A stretch of DNA of 34,824 nt, taken from Candidatus Thorarchaeota archaeon. Lineage in GTDB: Archaea > Asgardarchaeota > Thorarchaeia > Thorarchaeales > Thorarchaeaceae. The stretch spans positions 1 to 34,824 of the forward strand of contig JBHLRQ010000027.1 of NCBI GenBank assembly GCA_048882385.1. The letters are read 5' to 3'. Position 1 is the first letter of the stretch. Every line of letters begins with the position of its first letter. Positions 24,968 through 34,145 of this stretch are shown in pieces. The notes under the pieces were generated by a model. That model was not told the origin of the DNA. It did not search any database and saw nothing but the letters and a program-made list of their open reading frames with translations. The position numbers and the translations under genes were made by a program.

Positions 24968-27106
24968 TTACGTCTTGATGATTATCCTCTCTCTATAATC
25001 TGGTAGGTTGATTCCCTTTGGTGACTTTTCTATTGGTGTGTGAACCATTATTCGTTTTCCTGAACACGAATCTATGTATTTCTGAAGATTGGATGCTGAG
25101 GAATGTGCACTGAGTCTAGCATATTCTACCTTACACTCATGTGGTTCAAACCCATGTAGGAGGTTCCATCCTGGTGTTCGTGGTGCAAGATAGCCACAGA
25201 GAATGATGGCTGCTTTCGGATTGTTCCTTTGCTCGTTGAAATGATATCTTGCAAGACCTCCTCCTAACATTCCACCTCCGGAAACAAGAACATCATCTTC
25301 ATTGAGGTGGACCTTATTTTTCTTCATACTCTCCCAATGCCCACTAACTCCAACTAGATTTGTCACACGATCTGCCATACCTGTTACCATCACATTTCGG
25401 TTCTTCGTTACGCCAAGATTCTCTAGAATTGTCAGAATCTCTTGGGATCGACCGACTGCGAAGCTTGGAATAATAACTGGTCCATGATTTGCTATGAGGT
25501 TGCTAATTGATTCTGAAACGCCCTTTCGATCGAAATCTTCACGTCCCCAATAAGTACCATCAAAGATGATGTAGTCTGAATCTGTTGGGATAGATGCTCC
25601 TGGAAACAGAGCTGATTCATCCATATTGAAGTCACCAGTGTACAAAATCTTTGTTCCTTCTACATCGATTGAAAAAGCTGCACTTCCTGGGATATGGCAA
25701 GCATCAATTGGCGTTACAACTATTCCTGGACTTACTTCATTACTCTCTCCATATTCTAGGCGAACATGGTTATCTGTAGCTTTTTTGACATTATCTTCTG
25801 AAAATCTGGAAACTAAATCCAATTTGTCATGTTTCCTTGGAGCTGCTGGTGTTCCAACCTTTAGAGCGTCATTCAAAAGTAGTTTGGCAATTCCGCCTGT
25901 TGTTCCAACTGAACACCATTTCCCATCAAACTTGTCGAAGAGAATTGGAAGTCCACCCAAATGGTCAAGGTGTCCATGACTTACCAGTACTGTATCAATC
26001 ATTTCTAATTCTGGAATCCACTCTGGAATCCTATGATTCGCAACCGACAAACCAAAGTCCAGTAGAATCCCTCCAGTATCGGTTTTTATAAGAATGCCAC
26101 TACGACCAATCTCAGGTCCACCCAGGAAAATTATCTCGATGCTTTTTGTCCTACGCGAGTATGCGACTGATGGAAGTAGTCCCATTCTGAGCTTCTTGGG
26201 GATTAGTTCGAAAATCACAGGATCTACTGCATCTCCAGGCGGTGGAGATGGAAGGTCTTGCAGTCGAATTGGCAAGACTGCTTTAGAATGACTCTTGAAT
26301 TTATTGTCTTCAAAATACCTGTTCACTGCATCGATGGATTTTGACACAGTCATGTCTGTGTGTACAACAGATTGAGCTCCTTCGTATGTCTTTTCTCTTG
26401 ATATGGAAAAAAGATCCGATAGGAGAGCGTCTGGAGTCCACTCCTTGCATGTTTCATATACCTCGAAGAATGGTCTCCCTTCAATGGCTTCTCGTAGATA
26501 CTGTGGATGACGAGTAATGGCATCCACTAATTTCAAGTCCTCTGAATCTACAACAGATTTGATATCAATCCCTAAATCTTCTCCAGCTTTGATGAATGAT
26601 GCTGGTCCAAAAACAGGCGCACCCAGAAATTGTATCCAAAATCGAACTTCTGAAAAGATTTGATTCACATCATCATGATGAGTTGCTGCTAAGAACAGCA
26701 ACCCTTTTCGAAGCCATTGTTCTATCTTTTGCTGATTTCTTAAGTGTTTGAGAGAAAATCTATAGATATGCCTGAAATCCTCTTCATTGTAATTACCAAG
26801 GATTAACCCGTAAAGTCCAAGTGTCAAAGCCTGCACAATATCTGTAACTGAGGGTTCTTCTCTAACATCTCTGAATATTTCCATCAGGATCTTGTTGGCA
26901 GAACTTGCTTTTTCGAGTGATTCTACGGAACTACCTATTGATTTTGCCAATTCGAACAAAAGTAGTTCGCGAGATTCATTGAATATATCATTCTCATCTG
27001 GAATCTTTTCATTCCTTGAGAGGAGCTTAAGGTCTGATTCTGCCTGACTGAACATTGATCTAATTATTTTATTCTTAGTCTTAGGGATACCTTTCTTTAT
27101 GTTCAT
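24968..27106 (-). CDS. MBL-fold beta-CASP nuclease (CPSF73/aCPSF-like) with a long uncharacterised N-terminal domain
   Basis: FLGG..EIGRS, LLDFG, SHGHLDH, HIPGS, YTGD, DGTY, SFAVGRSQE, GML.GG, GY, LSAH. Start ATG 27106 or GTG 27115. Confidence 0.9.
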   Translation of the reverse strand: MNIKKGIPKTKNKIIRSMFSQAESDLKLLSRNEKIPDENDIFNESRELLLFELAKSIGSSVESLEKASSANKILMEIFRDVREEPSVTDIVQALTLGLYGLILGNYNEEDFRHIYRFSLKHLRNQQKIEQWLRKGLLFLAATHHDDVNQIFSEVRFWIQFLGAPVFGPASFIKAGEDLGIDIKSVVDSEDLKLVDAITRHPQYLREAIEGRPFFEVYETCKEWTPDALLSDLFSISREKTYEGAQSVVHTDMTVSKSIDAVNRYFEDNKFKSHSKAVLPIRLQDLPSPPPGDAVDPVIFELIPKKLRMGLLPSVAYSRRTKSIEIIFLGGPEIGRSGILIKTDTGGILLDFGLSVANHRIPEWIPELEMIDTVLVSHGHLDHLGGLPILFDKFDGKWCSVGTTGGIAKLLLNDALKVGTPAAPRKHDKLDLVSRFSEDNVKKATDNHVRLEYGESNEVSPGIVVTPIDACHIPGSAAFSIDVEGTKILYTGDFNMDESALFPGASIPTDSDYIIFDGTYWGREDFDRKGVSESISNLIANHGPVIIPSFAVGRSQEILTILENLGVTKNRNVMVTGMADRVTNLVGVSGHWESMKKNKVHLNEDDVLVSGGGMLGGGLARYHFNEQRNNPKAAIILCGYLAPRTPGWNLLHGFEPHECKVEYARLSAHSSASNLQKYIDSCSGKRIMVHTPIEKSPKGINLPDYRERIIIKT

Positions 27107-27151
27107 TGAAATCACATGAATTCTTAGTGTCTTGGTTTGTAAGAGCCCTTC

Positions 27152-28204
27152 TTAGGCTTTGTTAGTGACATTATACATTCCTTGACGACTATCTCTTAAC
27201 GAGAGTTTCTTGTCAACAAGTCCTTCACTCATGAGAAGTGATAGTGCGTATCTAACGGTACGTGGGGGGAGTAGTGTTTCCTCTATTATTTCCTTCTGGG
27301 TAAGCTGTCCTTTATATTCAAGAATCTTGAAGACAAGCTTTGCACTTGGGGGAAGTTCTTGGGCGATTTCTTCAGTTGTTTCAGTTTTTCTCAGTAATTT
27401 TCCTCTAAGTGCTGCGATCCTCTCTTCAGCGAATTTGACGAAAACTGCACTGGAATCTGCTTTCCGAATATGTACAGGTTGGTCGTCCACTTTTCTTCTG
27501 ATCTGACCATCAAGTACAGCTTCGACAGTCACAGAACTTGTCAAGTCGCGAATCTCAAGATTAAGAACATCTGACAAAACAAGGGGTCTTCTTGCTGGAT
27601 TGACACTATTGACAGGAATTACTGATAATACTGGAGATGATGGTAAAATGACTGGTCCTCCCACGCTCAATGAGTATGCCGTGCTTCCTGTTGGCGTAGC
27701 CACAATGAGTCCATCACTTCCATCTTTCCAGAAGTGCTCTCCATCTATGAAGAGGGAGTATCGAATCAGCGTTGCACTTCTCCGAGCAAAGATTCCAATG
27801 TCATTCAAGAGAGGAGGTGTTTCCTTTCCCAATATTTCCGCGACTATCCTTTTTCGTTCTTCCTTCTTCCATCTAAGGTCTAGAAGATCGCTAATGACAT
27901 AATCAATACTTGAGGACGATATTTCAAAGAGGAAATCTGGTTGACCTTTTGATGCCAATGGGAGAATTGGAACATCTCTCTTTCCCAACTCAAGGAGTTT
28001 CCTTAATAGTATTCTATCAGACCCAATTATCGCAATTAAATCAACATCCATCTTTCTGATATTTGTCCCACTAGAATCTTTCAGAATTGTTGCTAGTTTA
28101 TCCTCTAGCATTAGATCAACACCGCTTTTATTTAGAACATCGATGACATTCCGTGCGTCTTCCAGTATGCTTGATTCCAATCCCGATGCGATGCCTATTC
28201 TCGT
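27152..28204 (-). CDS. NAD kinase-fold protein fused to a C-terminal winged HTH; apparent ACG start
   Basis: LND, DGLIVATPTGSTAYSLSVGGP, RPLV and DGQ motifs. GGDG is replaced by GSDR. C-terminal LPPSAKLVFKILEYKGQLTQKEIIEETLLPPRTVRYALSLL. GGAGG-N8-ACG gives (M)RIGIASG (track start TTG 28180). Confidence 0.85.
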   Translation of the reverse strand, partial: TRIGIASGLESSILEDARNVIDVLNKSGVDLMLEDKLATILKDSSGTNIRKMDVDLIAIIGSDRILLRKLLELGKRDVPILPLASKGQPDFLFEISSSSIDYVISDLLDLRWKKEERKRIVAEILGKETPPLLNDIGIFARRSATLIRYSLFIDGEHFWKDGSDGLIVATPTGSTAYSLSVGGPVILPSSPVLSVIPVNSVNPARRPLVLSDVLNLEIRDLTSSVTVEAVLDGQIRRKVDDQPVHIRKADSSAVFVKFAEERIAALRGKLLRKTETTEEIAQELPPSAKLVFKILEYKGQLTQKEIIEETLLPPRTVRYALSLLMSEGLVDKKLSLRDSRQGMYNVTNKA

Positions 28205-28279
28205 TTAATCTGCCTCCTCTGGCTATAGGATGATTATCCAAAGAACTGGAAGTCACACTTAAATCACACTGAATCTGAA

Positions 28280-28307
28280 TTGGCAAAAGTTGCCAAATGT
28301 TTGTCAA
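28280..28307. promoter_or_regulatory. Candidate operator: TTGGCAA-AAG-TTGCCAA palindrome plus a third TTGTCAA box
   Basis: Perfect 7-3-7 dyad at 28280-28296 and a further box at 28301-28307, lying between the divergent NADK-HTH gene and nadA. Confidence 0.65.
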
Positions 28308-28332
28308 CTATTCATTAATTGCCGATTGAAAT

Positions 28333-28340
28333 TTTATTAA
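28333..28340 (+). promoter_or_regulatory. Putative TATA box for nadA
   Basis: TTTATTAA ending about 35 nt upstream of the nadA ATG. Confidence 0.4.
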
Positions 28341-28374
28341 AAGGTCAATTATTTGAAATTCACATGGTGGTCTG

Positions 28375-29334
28375 ATGGAACGTGACATCAAAGGCTTGCA
28401 GGATGCAATTCTCAAACTCAAGAAGGAGCGAAAATCTCTCATTCTTGCACATAACTACCAAACTATAGATATCCAAGAGATAGCTGATTTTGTTGGTGAT
28501 TCTCTTCAGCTTGCCAGACAGTCTGCAGAAGTCAAAGGTTATGACATGGTTATCTTTGCTGGAGTGAAATTCATGGCTGAGATGGCTGCAGTCCTATCAC
28601 CAAACATACCAATATACATCCCAGATCCAAAAGCCCTCTGTCCTCTTGCTGGCTATCTTGATGCACAAAAAATACGAGAGAAGAAGAAAGAGTACCCCGG
28701 GGTACCTGTAGTTGTTTATGTAAACACCACAGCGGAAGCAAAGTCAGAAGCTGATATGATATGTACATCTGGAAGTGCTGTAGAAGTTGTAGAATCACTT
28801 GGTGTTGATCGAGTTATTTTTGGTCCTGATGCCAATCTTGCGGAATACGTCCGTACTCACACAGATGTTGAAATAATAGATATTGACACTAGAGGTCACT
28901 GCTACGTACATAATATGTTTGATCTAAGTATGTTGATAGAGATGAAAGAGCAATATCCTAATTCTATTGCCATAGCTCACCCAGAGTGTCCTATAGAAGT
29001 GCAAGAACAAGCCGATATGATCGGGTCAACTGGAATGATGGTTCGCACAGTAGCAGAGTCTGACGCCAAAGTTTTCATCATTGCCACTGAGATGGGTCTT
29101 ATTCATCAACTACAAAAAAGACACCCTGAAAAGACTATCATCCCTATGTATGAGGGAGCAGTCTGTCGCCAGATGAAGAAGCATACTCTAGAGAAGATCC
29201 TCGATGTTTTGCAAAATCTGCCACCTGATAATATTGTAACCGTTCCTGAGCCGTTTATTCCACATATTCGAGGAATATTAGAAAAGATGAACAAGGTAAA
29301 AGGTCAAGGTCCAGCTGTGCAGGTTGAGGTGTGA
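28375..29334 (+). CDS. nadA: Quinolinate synthase NadA
   Basis: ILAHNYQ, GDSL, GVKFMAE, CPLA, YVNT, CTS, FGPDANL, CYVH, AHPEC, GST, TE, C..MK. Confidence 0.95.
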   Translation: MERDIKGLQDAILKLKKERKSLILAHNYQTIDIQEIADFVGDSLQLARQSAEVKGYDMVIFAGVKFMAEMAAVLSPNIPIYIPDPKALCPLAGYLDAQKIREKKKEYPGVPVVVYVNTTAEAKSEADMICTSGSAVEVVESLGVDRVIFGPDANLAEYVRTHTDVEIIDIDTRGHCYVHNMFDLSMLIEMKEQYPNSIAIAHPECPIEVQEQADMIGSTGMMVRTVAESDAKVFIIATEMGLIHQLQKRHPEKTIIPMYEGAVCRQMKKHTLEKILDVLQNLPPDNIVTVPEPFIPHIRGILEKMNKVKGQGPAVQVEV

Positions 29335-29339
29335 TTTCT

Positions 29340-30206
29340 TCACTTGGTGTATCTTCTCCATACCAAGATTAACACTAATGAAATAAGAACCACTGCACTC
29401 AGAACCACTGTTAATATTTGATATGGGTCTGGAAATGGAGGTTTCAATCCACGATATTCATTGAAGGTGAAACTAGTTCCTACAGTACTGAAATTTAGTG
29501 TATCATCGATAACGAAATCCCAATTCGCCACAGACCCTGATGCATTAGAAGATTCAACTAAATGCTGAGCTTGGTAAAAGGAGAACGACTCGAATCCAAT
29601 CTCATTCTCTACAAATATCTCTACTGTCTGATGAGTTACGCCAGTGAATGTTCTTGCACTGCCTATAATATACGAAAAATGTCCATAGTTAATAGATGAC
29701 AGAGGGAAGGCTTGAGTTTGAACCCTGATCAAGTATGTTGCATTTGCTTGCATTTCATATACGAATTGTACGAAATCTGCTGACTCTATCCATGTTCCTC
29801 CAAAATTACCGGGCTCTGTAATGAAGCCTTGTGAAGTCAGATTCTCCCAAGTTAGAATTTTATGATTGACAAGTGTACTGTTTATGTGAATTGTGAAGTT
29901 GATTTCTATATATCCCCCTCCATAGCCATGCCAGTATTCAGGGTATACAAAGGCCAATGACGCATTCAGAGTTTCATTGGAAATAACCTCAAAAACGCAC
30001 GATACATCTACTGCAACCCCACTACTCATTCTGATGTGTGCTTGAGCTTTTGGCATCGATAAACTTGAGCTATTTGTAAATGTGCCACTGATATCGAGAT
30101 TCACCGTATCAGCAAGATCCGCGTCAGAGTGTTATACAGAAATTGACATGACGCATATGGTAAGAATGATCAATAACACGAATACAGATTTCTCCTTTCG
30201 AAACAA
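29340..30206 (-). pseudogene. Secreted, C-terminally anchored beta-rich surface protein with an in-frame TAA immediately after the signal peptide
   Basis: GGAGAGG then TTG 30206 gives MFRKEKSVFVLLIILTICVMSISV*HSDADLADTV, continuing in frame into the 29340..30104 ORF. TAA at 30134-30132. C-terminal TM plus WRRYTK. Confidence 0.75.
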
Positions 30207-30270
30207 TGTTCCTCTCCTAATACTAATTATTTATGCGAAAAAATATGAATTCTGTTGTGTTCACTTTTAC

Positions 30271-30936
30271 TCAAGATGTCAGACTAGAAATATTGATGAT
30301 TTCAGGCAGCTCTGAGAGATTGGAAACCGCGTGTCCTTTGTATCCAATTCTCTCAAATTCCTGAAAATTAAACATTCTCAGAACAGGAATGAAATCGCAG
30401 AAACCCTTTGACCTCTCAAAGTCTTTTAATGAGTCTCCAATGAAAATCATCCTATCGAAATGAATGTTGAAGTTTGAGTTGATATATTTGAAGTGGTCAG
30501 CTCCCTTCTCGAATCCCGGTCTATACCCAACAATAGCCTTGAACAGGTTTAGAATCCCCTTTCGCTTGAAATACTCCTCAATTGTAGGTTGAAATGTTGA
30601 GGATGAAACGAAGACAGCATATCCCATGTCAGAGAGTTTTCGAACTGTACTTTCAGCATCAGGGAATAATTCCTGTTCGTAGATGCGTTCAATTTTCAGC
30701 TGTTCGAACTCCTCGATGGCAGATGCATTCCTTGAGTCATCTGGAAAGTTCATCTTAATTTGATGTTCGTAGGGCAGTCCTGTGGTTGAAACATACATTT
30801 TAGTGGCATCCTCCTTTGATACTCCAAAATGCTTCATCATGATATGGACGCCAATCTTCTGAAGGAAGGGCATACTATCTGCCAATGTGCCATCGAAATC
30901 AAAGATGATTGCACTATAGAGGTTTTTTTCTTCCAT
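30271..30936 (-). CDS. HAD-superfamily hydrolase (subfamily IA)
   Basis: IIFDFDGTLADS, LFPD, VSSS, K, FIGDSLKD. Confidence 0.9.
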   Translation of the reverse strand: MEEKNLYSAIIFDFDGTLADSMPFLQKIGVHIMMKHFGVSKEDATKMYVSTTGLPYEHQIKMNFPDDSRNASAIEEFEQLKIERIYEQELFPDAESTVRKLSDMGYAVFVSSSTFQPTIEEYFKRKGILNLFKAIVGYRPGFEKGADHFKYINSNFNIHFDRMIFIGDSLKDFERSKGFCDFIPVLRMFNFQEFERIGYKGHAVSNLSELPEIINISSLTS

Positions 30937-30993
30937 GTAACCAACTCACCACGGAGGAAATTCTAATTCCACTTTAGATGCTTTTGGTGCGTA

Positions 30994-31521
30994 TTAGCTA
31001 TGAGTTCCCTGTTTGTAATCATCCATGCAACGCTTTATTGTCTGATACGCGTCACTCAACTCTCGGAATTTTTTGATCTCTGTATGACCCCCTTCCTGAA
31101 TCTTGTATGTCGCGTAAAAGTGTGTCAATTCATCCATCCTACTTCTTGGAAGATCGATGATACTTCTCACATCTCTATAATAGGGTTCATTCATTGGTAC
31201 CGCGATAATTTTGTCATCGATTTTGCCAGCATCGTCCATCTCCATTATCCCAATAGGTCTTGCATGCACTACGCAGGATGTGAAGGTTGGTTCGTTGATG
31301 AGAAGAACAACATCAAGAGGATCTCCATCATGGTCCAGAGTCTGTGGAATGAATCCATAATCAAAGGGAGCGAATGTATACAGAACCCTATCTAGTTTGA
31401 AGAGATTGAGATCGGCATCATATTCATACTTATTCTTACTCGCTTTTGTCAGTTCGACAATAACATAGATTTCACTCGGCGGATTTGGCCCTGGAGGTAT
31501 GTCGTGCAGGTAATTTGTCAT
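30994..31521 (-). CDS. ppa: Family I inorganic pyrophosphatase
   Basis: KNKYEYD, LDRVLY, YGFIPQTL, DGDPLDV, DDKII, YK. Confidence 0.95.
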   Translation of the reverse strand: MTNYLHDIPPGPNPPSEIYVIVELTKASKNKYEYDADLNLFKLDRVLYTFAPFDYGFIPQTLDHDGDPLDVVLLINEPTFTSCVVHARPIGIMEMDDAGKIDDKIIAVPMNEPYYRDVRSIIDLPRSRMDELTHFYATYKIQEGGHTEIKKFRELSDAYQTIKRCMDDYKQGTHS

Positions 31522-31588
31522 CTAATCATCGCCAATGTTACACATACTCTCTTCTTATTGAGGTTTATCACTCAAACGACAAGCCTTT

Positions 31589-32206
31589 ATGAGGGGTCAA
31601 AACTCTGAGTATGTGCACGCATTGGAGGCTACTGTGTTGTCTACTGACGAATCTTCTATTATTGAAACAAGTGAAGAGGAATTGCTTGATGTGGGATCCC
31701 TCTTTAGAGGTACTGCTACGATTACACTGGTAGCTGAAATTGTATCCGCAATTATGCTCCTCGGCTCAGCATCTGCGTACGTTATCCGTGATTTCATCAG
31801 CATTATAGAACCTGATGTAGCAATTTTCCTTGTATTATTTGGCGCGATGCTCACTCTCTTCATTTTCCTAGCAGCCATAGGTTTCTTCGTTAGGTTTAAT
31901 CGTCGGATTGGAAGGGTGGTTATTGCTGAAGGTGTTGGGGAAGTCGACCTCAATCGACCGGGTGTGAAAACAGTTGTGATAATCTACGGTCTAGCAGTAG
32001 GTTTCATACTGATCCTTGGTGTTTATGGCTACTACCTACTTTGGAGATACTTCCTTGCAGCAGAAGCCGCCACTTCTCTAAGCTTCTTTGGGATGTCATT
32101 ATCTGTTGGAATATTCTTCATCTGTCTGCTGGTTCAGATTGTGATCACAGTCATTGGTCGTACAGCTACTACGATCATCCGGAAGGTCTTGGATGAAGAA
32201 GTTTAG
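31589..32206 (+). CDS. Hypothetical four-TM membrane protein
   Basis: Four hydrophobic helices. GGAGG suggests the true start is GTG 31634 or TTG 31637. Confidence 0.75.
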   Translation: MRGQNSEYVHALEATVLSTDESSIIETSEEELLDVGSLFRGTATITLVAEIVSAIMLLGSASAYVIRDFISIIEPDVAIFLVLFGAMLTLFIFLAAIGFFVRFNRRIGRVVIAEGVGEVDLNRPGVKTVVIIYGLAVGFILILGVYGYYLLWRYFLAAEAATSLSFFGMSLSVGIFFICLLVQIVITVIGRTATTIIRKVLDEEV

Positions 32207-32274
32207 ATGAATCTCATCCATAGGGGAGAAGTTTAATTATATGCCTGGTCAGCCTCAGACAAGGTGCTAGAAAA

Positions 32275-33444
32275 GTGAAATTGCATCTCTGGCAAATCTC
32301 TTACCTGGTCGGTCTAGCGATTGTAGTCCCTCTTCTATTACTTGAATTTCTTGGTCTACATTTAATTCCGGAATTCATCCTACCCTATTTAGAACTACTA
32401 GGAGGAATCATGTTAATTGCTGGAGCTTGCGAAGCTTTTGTTCTCTCTGTTGAAGGTATTGCACATAATATGCAGCTGACAGACTATGTTTCTGGTATAT
32501 ATGCAAGCATCGCGAGTACAATTCCAGAGCTCTTCGTACTTCTTTTTCTAATTCTTGGTGGACAGTATGAGATGGCTTGGATTCTAGCTCTCGCAACGAT
32601 ATTCATGAACTCACTAGTGTTTGCATTATACACACTTGTACTTCCAAAAGACGAACACGGAAACTACAAACTTCCGGATGCAATAATGTGGGTTGGTTCA
32701 GACCTGCTTTCTATGGGTGCAGTGATTTCATTGTCTGTGGGTCTCTCCATGATGCTTGTGCATCTGTTTCCCATCACACCAACTGGTGGTGAAATAAGGC
32801 AATCTCTCGATTCAGGCGAGCTAATACTCTTTGGTCTATGTCTGGTCTTAGTATTCATCGCTTATCTGTATAGAATCACGAAATATTACGGTCGGTGCGA
32901 CCCAAGCTCTGATGATCCCTATATCTCCTGCGAGGTGCAACACGAGGTCATGCCAAAGCAGACGGTCATAATCTACATTGTTCTTGCCTCCCTAGGAGCC
33001 CTACTTGGAGGTGAAGCACTTTCTTCCTTCGCACACTTTGCTATCAACGAAGCTGGTCTCCCTATTGTTCATGCAGCCCTTCTATTGGTGATCTTTGGTG
33101 GTACACCAGAATACATCATTGTTGCTAGTAGTCATCGAAAGAACGAACTCGAGGTGGCCCTCTCAAATGCCTTTGGCGGAATTGTGCAGGTCTTCTTTGT
33201 CATCTTTGGATTCACCATGATATTTTCAGGATTCATTGGCTTCATTGATCCTCTACATTTTGGCTTGGACATCCTCCCCATCGATGTCTATTCAGTAGTC
33301 TTGTTATTATTCGCATTTCCAACCATGTTCATATTACGGATAATGATAACAGATGACTCCAAGATTAATGCATTAGAGTCGGCAGCTATGATTGCGGTCT
33401 TTGTTATGATGCTCTATATTCTACTCGTTTATGGGGGCGTCTGA
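32275..33444 (+). CDS. CaCA-superfamily cation/Ca2+ antiporter
   Basis: About 10-11 TM helices with two alpha-repeats, ASIASTIPE and FGGTPE...ALSNAFGG. Confidence 0.85.
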   Translation: MKLHLWQISYLVGLAIVVPLLLLEFLGLHLIPEFILPYLELLGGIMLIAGACEAFVLSVEGIAHNMQLTDYVSGIYASIASTIPELFVLLFLILGGQYEMAWILALATIFMNSLVFALYTLVLPKDEHGNYKLPDAIMWVGSDLLSMGAVISLSVGLSMMLVHLFPITPTGGEIRQSLDSGELILFGLCLVLVFIAYLYRITKYYGRCDPSSDDPYISCEVQHEVMPKQTVIIYIVLASLGALLGGEALSSFAHFAINEAGLPIVHAALLLVIFGGTPEYIIVASSHRKNELEVALSNAFGGIVQVFFVIFGFTMIFSGFIGFIDPLHFGLDILPIDVYSVVLLLFAFPTMFILRIMITDDSKINALESAAMIAVFVMMLYILLVYGGV

Positions 33445-33468
33445 CAATCAAATGGACATAATGAATAC

Positions 33469-33705
33469 CTAGTAGTGGCGGTATTCTCCCAGAATCTGTA
33501 CTTTGATGATACACTCGATAGATACAAACTCATCAGCGTCCTCGGTGCTTCCATGTCTGAGACCGACTACATCCTTACCGACAAATGCCACACGTCCTTC
33601 AGCTACTATCATCATTCCTGGACCATAGAATCTTAGTCGCTCACCCGACTTTGCCGCATCGAGCAAAACGCTTCGTAGGGTTGCATCCTTCTCGAAATTC
33701 GACAT
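33469..33705 (-). CDS. Small hypothetical protein, possible Sm/Hfq-like beta-barrel
   Basis: An N-terminal helix followed by about five predicted strands, with EGRVAFVGKDVV and FVSIECIIKV. Confidence 0.6.
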   Translation of the reverse strand: MSNFEKDATLRSVLLDAAKSGERLRFYGPGMMIVAEGRVAFVGKDVVGLRHGSTEDADEFVSIECIIKVQILGEYRHY

Positions 33706-33810
33706 GTCATAGACTATCAGCTCTCACTGTGATAAAGATTGGTTTCTGTCATTTCGCAACTCTCTTAACTAGTAGAATCTATTTCTTAGGGAGTTTAAGG
33801 AGTTGATACA

Positions 33811-34089
33811 ATGAAGTATATCATGTTCTGGGAATATGACCCTGGTGACCATAACGTAGTGATGGACAAATTGAAAGAGTTTAGGGGAATCGTAAAGAAG
33901 AATCCCGATGACCATGCAAGATTCATCTCGAAAAACTACACTATGGTTGACGGTACAGAGGGCTTTCAGCTTGTAGAAACCGAGAATCCTGAACACCTTG
34001 TCAAGATCACTCGTCATTATCTACCGGAAGTCAGTTTCAGATTCGCACCAATTGTGGAACTTGAGAAGGTTGATCAAAAAGTCAAATAG
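33811..34089 (+). CDS. DUF3303-like small protein
   Basis: MKYIMFWE...GFQLVETENPEHL...F.PIVE pattern. AGGAG upstream. Confidence 0.7.
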   Translation: MKYIMFWEYDPGDHNVVMDKLKEFRGIVKKNPDDHARFISKNYTMVDGTEGFQLVETENPEHLVKITRHYLPEVSFRFAPIVELEKVDQKVK

Positions 34090-34106
34090 ACCCCTAAAAT
34101 TAGAAG

Positions 34107-34133
34107 TGAGGCGCCTAGTCTAAGGCGCACTCA
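34107..34133. terminator. GC-rich hairpin between convergent genes (possible bidirectional terminator)
   Basis: TGAG-GCGCCT-(AGTCTA)-AGGCGC-A-CTCA. Confidence 0.55.
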
Positions 34134-34145
34134 AGATAAGTATGT

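Noticed and set aside
30082-30315. 77-aa plus-strand ORF
   Set aside because: It is antisense to the signal-peptide region of the 29340..30206 gene and overlaps the end of the HAD gene.
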